In this document: one piece after another, positions 8,578 through 17,457 of the stretch
How the letters are laid out: every line of letters starts with the position of its first letter
How positions within the stretch are numbered: the first letter of the stretch is position 1
Source of the DNA: an uncultured archaeon
Lineage (GTDB): Archaea; Asgardarchaeota; Lokiarchaeia; Sigyniarchaeales; SOKP01
Length of the DNA: 19,872 bases
Reading direction: 5' to 3'
NCBI GenBank assembly: GCA_964388035.1
Contig: CAYLZE010000096.1
Span: forward strand, 1 to 19,872
The notes under the pieces: generated by a model
The model's input: only the letters and a program-made list of their open reading frames with translations
What the model was told of the DNA's origin: nothing
The model's database searches: none
Position numbers and translations under genes: made by a program

Positions 8578-8976
8578 TTGACAATCATTAACCTTTCCGT
8601 TCCCATCGGATTATTTAGCAATCTTGACGATTATTCTAAATTAATCAACAGAATTTTAAAACATGATATTTCTCTAAATATCTTGAAATTTTCCACGGGA
8701 ACTAGCGGAGTCAATCTCCTGATAGATGTTCCAGATGATAAAATAAAAGAGATAACGGAGGATCTGGAAAAAAGCAATATTATCTTAAGTAGCAAGGGGA
8801 GAATTACTTTGGATCGAGAAAAATGCATCGACTGCGGGGCTTGTGTGTCTCTGTGTCCAACTGATGCGCTACATTTTGATGAGGATCGTTCTGTAGATTT
8901 TTCTAAAAAGAGGTGCATCGGTTGCTTGCTATGTATCGATAGTTGTCCCAGACAAGCATTAGAAGAGAGCCTCTAG
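8578..8976 (+). CDS. NIL domain plus 2[4Fe-4S] ferredoxin (MA1822-like partner)
   Basis: CIDCGACVSLCP and CIGCLLCIDSCP motifs after a NIL-like N-terminus. Starts 3 bp after the COG1900 gene. Confidence 0.9.
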   Translation: MTIINLSVPIGLFSNLDDYSKLINRILKHDISLNILKFSTGTSGVNLLIDVPDDKIKEITEDLEKSNIILSSKGRITLDREKCIDCGACVSLCPTDALHFDEDRSVDFSKKRCIGCLLCIDSCPRQALEESL

Positions 8977-9282
8977 TTTACTTTTTCTTTCGAATTTAGC
9001 TATTTATTTAATATTTCGATAGATTTCTATTTAAAATATATAAAATAATGTGGAATACACTATTTGGCATCTAAATTATCACCATGACTCATTAATTGCT
9101 ATTATATCATCTCTAATAGATTGATTTGAATAATCTATCCCTTTATTTTCATTTAAATAATTTTTATGACTTCTTAGATGAGTAACTAACTCGATTTTCT
9201 TAATAAATAAATTATTAGAAGAAGTTATTTTATGGATGGGAAGAAACTTCTTAATAATCAGAAGTTGGCGGAAAAATAAATA

Positions 9283-10347
9283 ATGGAAATTAAAAATTGG
9301 ATGCTCTATGGTGCCTATGGTTATACGGGTAAATTAATTTTGGAAGAAGCGATTAAGAATGATCTCAATCCGGTATTAGCGGGCAGAAATTCAGAGAAAT
9401 TAATCTCTTTGGCAGAAAAAAATAGTTTAGAATACAAGGTATTTAACCTTGATGATCAAAAAATCATTAATGAAACTATCGAGGGATTTGATTTAGTTTT
9501 AAATGCAGCAGGTCCTTTTAATGAGACAAGCTTACCAATCGTTAAAGGGTGTTTAGAAAATTCTTCAAGTTATATGGATATTACCGGTGAAATAAATGTA
9601 TTTGAGAAGAATTTTTCATTTCATGAAAGAGCGAGAGATTTAGGTATAGTTCTTATATCTGGAGTAGGATTTGATGTTGTTCCAAGTGATTGCTTGATAA
9701 AATATGTGAGTGAAAAAGTTGAGAATCCAACTCATTTAGAATTAGGAGTTGCAGGATTGGGTGGATTAAGTGGAGGTACGTTAAAAACGATGATTAAAAA
9801 CCTGCCATATGGTACCGTTGTGCGCAGGGATGGAAAGATTATTTTGCAACCGATGGGAAAAAATCCAAAAGAAATTAGATTCATGGATAAAATCCAAAAG
9901 AAATTATATCCCATATCCTGGGGTGATATCGCGACGGCTTACAGAAGCACAAAAATTCCAAATATTACCGTCTACATGCAATTGCCAAAATATTTCAATA
10001 ATTTGACAGGACCAATAGAATCGTTGGTAAGAAAAATATTAAAGCTAGAAACAGTTCAAAACATGATCATGTCATGGATTGAAAATAATGTTGAAGGTCC
10101 TAATGAAGAAGAACGTGGAAGTGCCAAATCATATCTTTGGGCAAAAGCATACAACGAAAATACTGGAGACTCATATGAAGCATGGTTAAAAACATTAGAG
10201 TCTTATCAACTTACTGCTGTTTCCGCTATAAAATGTATTAAAAAATTGGATAATAGCAATATTAACGGTGCTTTAACGCCATCGCAAGCGTTCGGTAAAG
10301 ATTTCATTCTGGAATTTCCCAAAACAGAAAGACGAGATACCTTATAA
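9283..10347 (+). CDS. Saccharopine dehydrogenase-like NAD(P)-dependent oxidoreductase (trans-acting enoyl reductase family)
   Basis: LYGAYGYTG Rossmann motif, LAGRN, NAAGPF, YMDITGE, GFDVVPSD and GALTPSQAFG. Confidence 0.88.
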   Translation: MEIKNWMLYGAYGYTGKLILEEAIKNDLNPVLAGRNSEKLISLAEKNSLEYKVFNLDDQKIINETIEGFDLVLNAAGPFNETSLPIVKGCLENSSSYMDITGEINVFEKNFSFHERARDLGIVLISGVGFDVVPSDCLIKYVSEKVENPTHLELGVAGLGGLSGGTLKTMIKNLPYGTVVRRDGKIILQPMGKNPKEIRFMDKIQKKLYPISWGDIATAYRSTKIPNITVYMQLPKYFNNLTGPIESLVRKILKLETVQNMIMSWIENNVEGPNEEERGSAKSYLWAKAYNENTGDSYEAWLKTLESYQLTAVSAIKCIKKLDNSNINGALTPSQAFGKDFILEFPKTERRDTL

Positions 10348-10431
10348 TTACCCTATCCTCTTACTATAAAAGGATTTTTAATTAATTAAGGATTAGGTTT
10401 TTATTCTTTGGCAGGCATTATAAGAGAGCTT

Positions 10432-11460
10432 TTAAGAGCTTGTTATTTTCTCAAATATTTCCTCTAATCTTGGAGTTTTACGCCGCAGACTAATGCATCG
10501 TTCTTCTTCGCAACCTCTTAAAATTGCAACTAATTCGTTAAGATGAATGGTAGGAATGTCCAGGTTATCATCACAAAATTGTTTTTTCATGTCCTCTCTA
10601 TATTCTGGTTTACTTAAGGTATACAAACAAGTCGGACAAGGCATTAATAGAAAATCGGCTCCCACATTTTCGGCACTTTTTAATTTTTTATAAGTGACAT
10701 TTAAAGCTTGTTCTTTGTGAAGCACTATCTGGGAAGCACCCCACCCGCAACAGCTATCTCTTTCCTGATAGTCCACGGGCACCCCTCCAAATAATTCTAC
10801 TAATTCTTCCAACTTATTTTTATCCTTGAAATACTCCTCACTCAAACCATTAGGAGTTTTTTTATCCCGTTCGAGGTTTAAATAATGACAACCATAATGG
10901 ACTGCTACTTTAAGTCCCTTCAAATCAAATTTAAAGGTCTTAATGATCTCATTTCTTAATAAATATATAAAATCCAAATCATGAACAATTTTTAATTTAG
11001 GATTTTCTAACAAATGATATTGACCAGGATACTCTTCTTGACCGATTTCTGCCTTTACATCATCAAGAATTCTTTGAGTTTTATTTTTTACTTCGGGAGT
11101 ATCTAAAAAGTCCCTCCCTCTTAAAAGGGAGTTATAGCACCCATTACAACTCACTAATAAGATGTCTGCTTGATGAGCGATTTCATTTAAATTACGTTCA
11201 TTTATAGCCGCAAATTGAGCTCTAGTTATTAAATTTCTCTGAAAAAAGGTACCAGAACAACAAGTCTGGCTGTCACAGGTTGAAAACGTTAAATCTAAAT
11301 CTTCCAATAAGTCTTCAATCCCATATCGTACCCCGGGAAAATATTTTTCCAAGCATGCTTTAAATAAACATAATCTTTTCCCTTTAAAGAATTCTAAGGG
11401 GTTTTCAGGATAATTTTTCTCTATTTCCTTTAAATCCAAAACTAATTCATTGCCATTCAT
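10432..11460 (-). CDS. hdrB: Heterodisulfide reductase subunit B-like protein (two CCG domains)
   Basis: FKAC...TCCSG...SCNGC and HYGCH...SCCGWG...PCPTC. Confidence 0.88.
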   Translation of the reverse strand: MNGNELVLDLKEIEKNYPENPLEFFKGKRLCLFKACLEKYFPGVRYGIEDLLEDLDLTFSTCDSQTCCSGTFFQRNLITRAQFAAINERNLNEIAHQADILLVSCNGCYNSLLRGRDFLDTPEVKNKTQRILDDVKAEIGQEEYPGQYHLLENPKLKIVHDLDFIYLLRNEIIKTFKFDLKGLKVAVHYGCHYLNLERDKKTPNGLSEEYFKDKNKLEELVELFGGVPVDYQERDSCCGWGASQIVLHKEQALNVTYKKLKSAENVGADFLLMPCPTCLYTLSKPEYREDMKKQFCDDNLDIPTIHLNELVAILRGCEEERCISLRRKTPRLEEIFEKITSS

Positions 11461-11494
11461 GATTTTAAAATTTGTTTAATTGGTGAACATGAGT

Positions 11495-12022
11495 TTATTT
11501 ATCATTTTTATTATTTCGTGATGATTTGGTGGTTTTTCGAGCATTAAAAACGTATTTAATGCGAGCAAAATCACAAATCTTGTCTAGTTCTTTTACTCTA
11601 CGTTCGGGAAGTTCTTTTCCGAGAGGTTCCTCTAATACAGTGCCATTTGTTAGAAAATGCTCTGCCATTTCTACGTACTTGTTTAAGTCATTGTATTTTG
11701 GTCCATACCCTTTTTTGAAAGACTCATTTCTCAAATTTATAATTAAGAGCGGGATGTCGATTCCTTCCTTCGGACAGACCCGCTTGCACTGTTCACAGAG
11801 GAAACAATTCCAAATATCAGAATCCTTTAAAACACTGCGATCCCCTTTCAAGATCTTACTGATTATTTTCCGAATGTTAAAATTAGAAAGCTTGGCAGCT
11901 GGACAATTTCCGACACACTTCCCACAAGATATGCATTGAATGATATTCTTATTTTCTTCCACGTCATTACACAGTTCCTTATAGAAATCCCAATTCCATT
12001 CAGAATCCGAATAATCTCCCAT
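11495..12022 (-). CDS. hdrC: Heterodisulfide reductase subunit C-like 2[4Fe-4S] protein
   Basis: CISCGKCVGNCP and IWNCFLCEQCKRVCP; directly upstream of hdrB. ATG 12022 is preferred over GTG 12034 because an SD-like GTGAT lies upstream of it. Confidence 0.88.
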   Translation of the reverse strand: MGDYSDSEWNWDFYKELCNDVEENKNIIQCISCGKCVGNCPAAKLSNFNIRKIISKILKGDRSVLKDSDIWNCFLCEQCKRVCPKEGIDIPLLIINLRNESFKKGYGPKYNDLNKYVEMAEHFLTNGTVLEEPLGKELPERRVKELDKICDFARIKYVFNARKTTKSSRNNKNDK

Positions 12023-12262
12023 ATTATAGATCACGTATTATTTTAAGGTAAGAACTTCAAGTAATGAAGGTTATTCATGTTAAAAAAATCCTTATTTTTT
12101 AGACCAAAAATAGAGGGAGAGAAGAGATTATTAAAAATAATTATTTCTCTAAAACGGCTATTTTACTAAAAAGCGCGATTTAAAATATTTTTTATCCCAC
12201 GGATAATAGTGAACGAGGATTTCTTTATCTTTGGAGGAGTGAAGCGAAAATGATGAAGCCGT

Positions 12263-12517
12263 TTACTTTTTTAGAGAACGTAAATGGATTTTGATCAATT
12301 GCCGTTGTAAATTACAATAATTTAATTTTTGCGTGTAGCTAAGATTTTGAGTCTTTGAAATGAGTTCTTGAGTTTTTTTCAAAAGATATAATCGCTTATC
12401 CCTGTCAAGATATTCAGTATTATCTAGAACTTCTTTTATTGTTTCTAAATCTTCAATGTCATGCAATCCCGCATGATCATGATAACTATTCTCAATTTCA
12501 TTTATTCTTGAAATCAT
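12263..12517 (-). CDS. Small helical hypothetical protein
   Basis: 84-aa ATG ORF in an otherwise non-coding gap, with a protein-like charged amphipathic composition. No family recognised. Confidence 0.55.
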   Translation of the reverse strand: MISRINEIENSYHDHAGLHDIEDLETIKEVLDNTEYLDRDKRLYLLKKTQELISKTQNLSYTQKLNYCNLQRQLIKIHLRSLKK

Positions 12518-12714
12518 ATCGAAACGTGCAAAGAAAAGATAATTTAAAGGAGTTTAAAAGTTAAATTTTATACTTTTATGATCTACCAACAAATTTCTTT
12601 GTTTTTAATAGGTATAATATCTACATATTATTTTTAGCAATACAAGCAGAATATCAGAAAATGAATTTAGAACCCATGAGCCCATTTTCTATCTTTTCCC
12701 TAATATTCTCTACT

Positions 12715-13416
12715 TTAAGAATATCCCCCACTTATAATGTTTGAGGATTCCACTATCTCGCCTTTTAGAGTAACCCTAGTAGCGTTTAATTTAAGATTTA
12801 TGGCAGTATTCATATCCTCCACCACTATGACTCGTCCAAATACAAATTCCATTACTTTTAAATAAATGGAATTAAATTCGATTAAATCAATCGCTCTGCC
12901 CAAAATTTTCCCGTTGGCTCTCGTTATCATGTCAAATGGAAAGACTTTCAGGTTATTCAAGGGCATGAAACATGCCCTGCCAAGTTGGTTCTTTTTCAGA
13001 AAATTCATGCAGCTTTTAGCCGTTTGAATATCTTGTACAACGAGATAATTCAATTTTTCGGCTCCCACTGCCTTTAATGCAACTTCATATTTGGATTCAC
13101 ACGTGTATAAATGAGAAATAGTCCCGTGGATCTTGCCCTGAATGTGGCTTTTTAATTTAAGTTCTGGGCATCTCTCCAAGGTTAAAATAGAATTAATCGG
13201 ATTACTATCATCTAAAGAAATTTCACTTTTTTCAATGAGATTTTCCAGGTTAATTTGGTTAGTTTTTAATTTTAAAGTTTTCTGTAACCTTATTAGTTCA
13301 TTTTCTAAATTCGTGCGTGTTATCATTGATAAGGGGATATTGGTATTAGAGGTATTCTTGAGAGGAGTTTGATTTAACATGAAATTATTTTTTGTATTTT
13401 CTTCCAGGTGAGACAT
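12715..13416 (-). CDS. Stand-alone SMC flexible-hinge domain protein
   Basis: IHGTISHL..CESKYEVAL...LNYLVVQDIQTAKSCMNFLKKNQLGRACFMPLN...AIDLIEF...FVFGRVIVVED...RVTLKGEIVESSNIISGG covers a complete SMC hinge. There are no Walker motifs or long coiled coils. Confidence 0.88.
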   Translation of the reverse strand: MSHLEENTKNNFMLNQTPLKNTSNTNIPLSMITRTNLENELIRLQKTLKLKTNQINLENLIEKSEISLDDSNPINSILTLERCPELKLKSHIQGKIHGTISHLYTCESKYEVALKAVGAEKLNYLVVQDIQTAKSCMNFLKKNQLGRACFMPLNNLKVFPFDMITRANGKILGRAIDLIEFNSIYLKVMEFVFGRVIVVEDMNTAINLKLNATRVTLKGEIVESSNIISGGYS

Positions 13417-13458
13417 GAAGATTCCCTTTTCTTATTGTTGTAAATAAAATGTGGAGAA

Positions 13459-13485
13459 ATATATAATAGAATTATCTTAAGATAA
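13459..13485 (-). promoter_or_regulatory. TATA box and adjacent perfect 14-bp palindrome upstream of the SMC-hinge gene
   Basis: TTATATAT on the minus strand (13466-13459) and TTATCTTAAGATAA at 13472-13485. Confidence 0.5.
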
Positions 13486-13639
13486 GATGCGTTAGGGTAT
13501 TTAAAGAAACGTACTATCACCTCCGTGATATTATCCCATCCAATTTTAATTTGTTCGAAGAAAAAGCATCTTTATTGAGAAAAAAGAAATAAACGTAGAA
13601 TGTAGCAACCTAATGGGGAATGATGTTCATGCGAGCTTC

Positions 13640-14602
13640 CTAAGAAAAAGGACTCTTAAAGTTGATGACACCTTCCGATAAAATCTTAATCATTTCCTTC
13701 CATGTTTCTTTAATATTCCACGAGTTATTTTTCTTAATTTTTTCTGAAATTTCATTAAATATTTGTTTAATTTTTAAACTTTCAAAATAATTTATTCTAG
13801 GGGCAATTAGGGATAATAGAAATTGTTGTTCTTTTGCTCTTTGCTTTACATTTTCTCTAGAATCGAAAAAAACGAAACAATTCTTACCAATTTTATCAAT
13901 ATTTAATAAGATGCCCTCGGGACTGGTTAATTTACTCTGTCCATAAAGAAAAACGGAAGTTTGAAATAATTGGAATCCAATTTCTTCTAAAAATTGCTTA
14001 TTATCTTCCGTTATAGGATAATAGGAATCCAATTTAGGACCAAACCGATCATCCCATAACATGGAAAAGAGATGAATGTCCTCTGCCATTTTCTTTGATA
14101 AAGATGGGCGTGCTTCTTCCTTCAATTCTTCGAAAGAAACTTCAAACCTTTTCTTCATTGCATTAATTCTTTTTGTTTTGGTAATTTTCCCTTTAATTAT
14201 TGCTAATAAATCAATATTTTTAAAGGGTTTCACGATATAATCATCAACACCCAATAATTTTCCTTCCCTAATTTCTCCTCCTGAAGATTTAGCTGTTAAG
14301 AAAACAAAAGGGATGTGATTCCAAAAAATATTATTTGAAACGATGTTATAGAATTCATAGCCATCCATCTCCGGCATCAAGATATCGCTGATAATTACAT
14401 CTGGTAAATTAGGGATTGTTTGTAGCAACTCTATTGCCCTTTTCCCGCTGTTTGCAGTGATAACATCAAAATTATTCGATTGCAAGAGCAGCTCAAGATT
14501 GAATAAAATGTCCTCGTTGTCGTCAATGATCATGATGAGATCTCGTCGAGATGACACATTGCCGTTTTCACTCTTTTTATCATCATTCTTATTTGATCCC
14601 AT
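13640..14602 (-). CDS. Response regulator: REC domain plus C-terminal non-HTH, longin/uDENN-like domain
   Basis: Intact REC (IIDDN, ISDILMPEMDG, FLTAK, YIVKPF). The C-terminal ~140 aa begin LFSMLWDDRFGPKLDSYYP. The longin call is inference. Confidence 0.85.
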   Translation of the reverse strand: MGSNKNDDKKSENGNVSSRRDLIMIIDDNEDILFNLELLLQSNNFDVITANSGKRAIELLQTIPNLPDVIISDILMPEMDGYEFYNIVSNNIFWNHIPFVFLTAKSSGGEIREGKLLGVDDYIVKPFKNIDLLAIIKGKITKTKRINAMKKRFEVSFEELKEEARPSLSKKMAEDIHLFSMLWDDRFGPKLDSYYPITEDNKQFLEEIGFQLFQTSVFLYGQSKLTSPEGILLNIDKIGKNCFVFFDSRENVKQRAKEQQFLLSLIAPRINYFESLKIKQIFNEISEKIKKNNSWNIKETWKEMIKILSEGVINFKSPFS

Positions 14603-14646
14603 AGAATTATCTCAATATTCAATCAATCATCATTATATTTAAGTAT

Positions 14647-17223
14647 TTATAATCTAGGTAAAAAGACATAAAATGTTGTACCTTTGCCATGGATACTTTC
14701 TACATGAATTTCGCCCTCATGAAGTTCAATCAATTCTTTAGCTATGGATAACCCTAACCCCGTGCCCGGAATCTCTTGTACTTCTTTGGATCTATAGAAT
14801 CTTTCAAAGATCAAGGGTAGTTCCGTGCTTGAGATCCCAATTCCTTCATCTTGAAATTTAAATAGAACGCCATGTTTATTTTTTGAGTTATATTTTCCTT
14901 CATAATCCTTGATACTTTCTATAGATACTTTATTACCTTTATTTGAATATTTAATGGCATTATCAATGATGATTCGAAAGATTTGGTCGATTCTCATGGG
15001 GTCTCCCCGTAAGATGATGTCATGATCGACCTTTAATTGGCAGATAATACCTTTTTTTTCGCAAAAAGGATGCATCAATGTAAAAATCTCTTGGAAAATA
15101 TCCAGCGGTCTATATTCTTTCATCACCAATTTCACCCTACCCTCATCCAAAATGAATATATTTATCAAATCATCCGCCAATTTATGCAATAGACCCACGT
15201 TGCGTACCATGCCATCCATCAACCGTACTTCTACTTCTGGAGTGAGATATTCTTTATGGTTCTGAAGATGTTCTAAAGAGAGAGATAAAACGGTAATAGG
15301 AGTTCTTAATTCATGGGAAAGGATAGTGATTAAATTCTTAAGATTCTGCTCCGCCTTGACGCGATCGGTAATATCCATTCCATAGATATTTACATAATTA
15401 GCGCTTTTGACCGGAGTGATAATTAAAGAATAATGATGCTCTTTCAATTTAATTTCAAATTTTCTTAATTGATTCTTTTCCACCACGTCATTTATAGGAT
15501 CTAACAATAAGATCGGAATAGGATCTCCAATTTTAATTTCAAATAAATTCTCTCCCACTTTATTACTATAAATAATTTGCATTTTATCCACGCGTAAAAC
15601 GGGATTGGGATCTTCTGACGGAAATTTTGATAAATTGCGAATCTTTTCCTCAGCTTCCACTCTATCCGTGATATCTGCGACGCAAGCAAAACCGCCCATG
15701 TAATCCCCGTTTTCATTCATTAAGGGAGCGGCTTCTAGACTCGTATATACATCTTGGCCATTCTTTTTTAAAAATTTGAAGTCATACTGTTCTTTTACTC
15801 CTTGCTCTCTTCTTTTAAGATGCATTTTACAGAGTTCCTGCTCATGTTCCTCCATGAAAAAAAACACTGACTTCCCAAGCATCTCCTCGGGTTCATATCC
15901 TAATATTTCTGCCAATCTCTTATTAACATAGGTGGTATCAGCATTCTTATCAATTGCCCAAATTCCTTCTTGTGCGTTTTCTACTAATACTTTATATCTT
16001 TCTTCCGATTTTTTTAAAGCATCTTCCATATTTTTCTGAACCGACATGTTTCGAAAAAAACTTTGTATTATTTTTCGATTTCCAATATCCATTAAAGAAG
16101 CCACGACTTGAATGGGTATGACTTTTCCTGATTTAGTAATGATCTGAGTTTCATTATTATATACTTCTCCCTCATTTAATGCATTTTTATAAGAAGATAT
16201 GCAATTGATATCTTTTGAGGTAGGATGCAAAGTACTCTGATGGGAACCAATTAGTTCTTTTTTTTTCCGTTCAAATAACTCTTCTGCGGCCTTGTTACAA
16301 TTTATTATCATTCCATCTAGAAAATCTACCCATATAATCGCATCGGCTGCATTTTCGAAAGTTAATCGGAATTTTTTTTCTGAATCCTCCAGCTTTCGTG
16401 CTTTATCAGCCAGAATTTCCTCATTTTCTTTAAGTTTTTTAAATAGCGTGCTCCAAGGAGATTGTAATCCTGTTTCTACTAATGCTTTATAAACAAAAAA
16501 GAAGGCAACCACTTTCACAAGGTGTCCGAGGACGTTAAAAACACCATATATATCACCATGGATTGTAAAGAAGAATTCAGACAAAATACTTATCGTCAAA
16601 GAATATAATAGATAGTTAAAAACTTTCTGATTGTACCCTTCTTTATAATGAATTAACATTAAAACGCTACCGCCAAACGCAACTATTATAATGTATTCAC
16701 TTATCAAGTAAAAAAGAGTTACTCCACTATTCTCAATATAGCAAACGGGAAAAAATCCCAACGTAATAGAAATAAGAAAAATAGTAGTAATAATGCTATA
16801 GATCGGTAGAAGATGTTTATATCCTATGGTCCTTGTAACCGTTGCCGTCGCAATTAATAATGTAAATGCTTGCATGTATCTAGCGACAATCCATAATTGT
16901 GCAGCTACATTAGCATTATCTCGCATATAAATATTCATTCCCGGATAAAAAATAAGACAAAGTAAATCGATTAGCCCGATGAATAGAAATCCTACCCCCA
17001 CTAATGAAAAAAAAGTAGTACTTGTAAATTTTCGGGAATTCCATCCAATTATAAAGAGACTTGAAGCAATAATAACGGTGTAGAATTCAACTAAAACATA
17101 AAATAATAGATAACTAATAAGAACAAGAATACTGGATATTGCACAGAAAGAGAGGATGATGATAAACTCTACATTATTTTCCAAATGTTGTAAGAATTCC
17201 CTATTTTTGAACATGACCAGCAC
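14647..17223 (-). CDS. Membrane sensor histidine kinase, MASE3-PAS-PAS-(PAS-like)-HisKA-HATPase
   Basis: About 8 TM N-terminus (GWNSR, YPGM, QLWIVARY, GHLVK), PAS starts FENAADAI and VENAQEGIW, H-box SHELRTP, DNAIKYS, DEGIGI, IFERFYR and GTGLGLSI. The true start may be ATG 17214. Confidence 0.93.
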   Translation of the reverse strand: MLVMFKNREFLQHLENNVEFIIILSFCAISSILVLISYLLFYVLVEFYTVIIASSLFIIGWNSRKFTSTTFFSLVGVGFLFIGLIDLLCLIFYPGMNIYMRDNANVAAQLWIVARYMQAFTLLIATATVTRTIGYKHLLPIYSIITTIFLISITLGFFPVCYIENSGVTLFYLISEYIIIVAFGGSVLMLIHYKEGYNQKVFNYLLYSLTISILSEFFFTIHGDIYGVFNVLGHLVKVVAFFFVYKALVETGLQSPWSTLFKKLKENEEILADKARKLEDSEKKFRLTFENAADAIIWVDFLDGMIINCNKAAEELFERKKKELIGSHQSTLHPTSKDINCISSYKNALNEGEVYNNETQIITKSGKVIPIQVVASLMDIGNRKIIQSFFRNMSVQKNMEDALKKSEERYKVLVENAQEGIWAIDKNADTTYVNKRLAEILGYEPEEMLGKSVFFFMEEHEQELCKMHLKRREQGVKEQYDFKFLKKNGQDVYTSLEAAPLMNENGDYMGGFACVADITDRVEAEEKIRNLSKFPSEDPNPVLRVDKMQIIYSNKVGENLFEIKIGDPIPILLLDPINDVVEKNQLRKFEIKLKEHHYSLIITPVKSANYVNIYGMDITDRVKAEQNLKNLITILSHELRTPITVLSLSLEHLQNHKEYLTPEVEVRLMDGMVRNVGLLHKLADDLINIFILDEGRVKLVMKEYRPLDIFQEIFTLMHPFCEKKGIICQLKVDHDIILRGDPMRIDQIFRIIIDNAIKYSNKGNKVSIESIKDYEGKYNSKNKHGVLFKFQDEGIGISSTELPLIFERFYRSKEVQEIPGTGLGLSIAKELIELHEGEIHVESIHGKGTTFYVFLPRL

Positions 17224-17457
17224 GAGTGAACCTATATTCTAAGATATATATGACGTATCAAATTAATTATTCGATTTTATAATTTTTAAATCCATTATTT
17301 TCCATTAATTAATGCTTTTTCTAGTTTTTTGAATGAGAATAAAAAATGCTTCTTTCCCCTTTTTTTCCTATTTTATGGCTCTTTCCTGAAACCTTTTTTA
17401 AAGCTAATCTGAAAAAACAAAAATGATTCATTATTTCGACAGTTTAGCAGAGCACTG

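Noticed and set aside
9211-9258. Imperfect hairpin upstream of the reductase gene
   Set aside because: It is weak and AT-rich, with no recognisable RNA family.
5667-10006. Short ORFs 5667-5909, 7009-7317, 7113-7307, 7776-7970, 8631-8918, 9732-9914 and 9809-10006
   Set aside because: They overlap well-supported genes in antisense or alternative frames.
12107-12164. Possible stem-loop or riboswitch upstream of hdrC
   Set aside because: Pairing is low-complexity purine/pyrimidine with many bulges and there is no conserved motif.
12518-12714. Frameshifted continuation of the SMC hinge into a coiled-coil arm
   Set aside because: The alternative frame checked closes after about 20 codons and there is no space for an arm or head domain.
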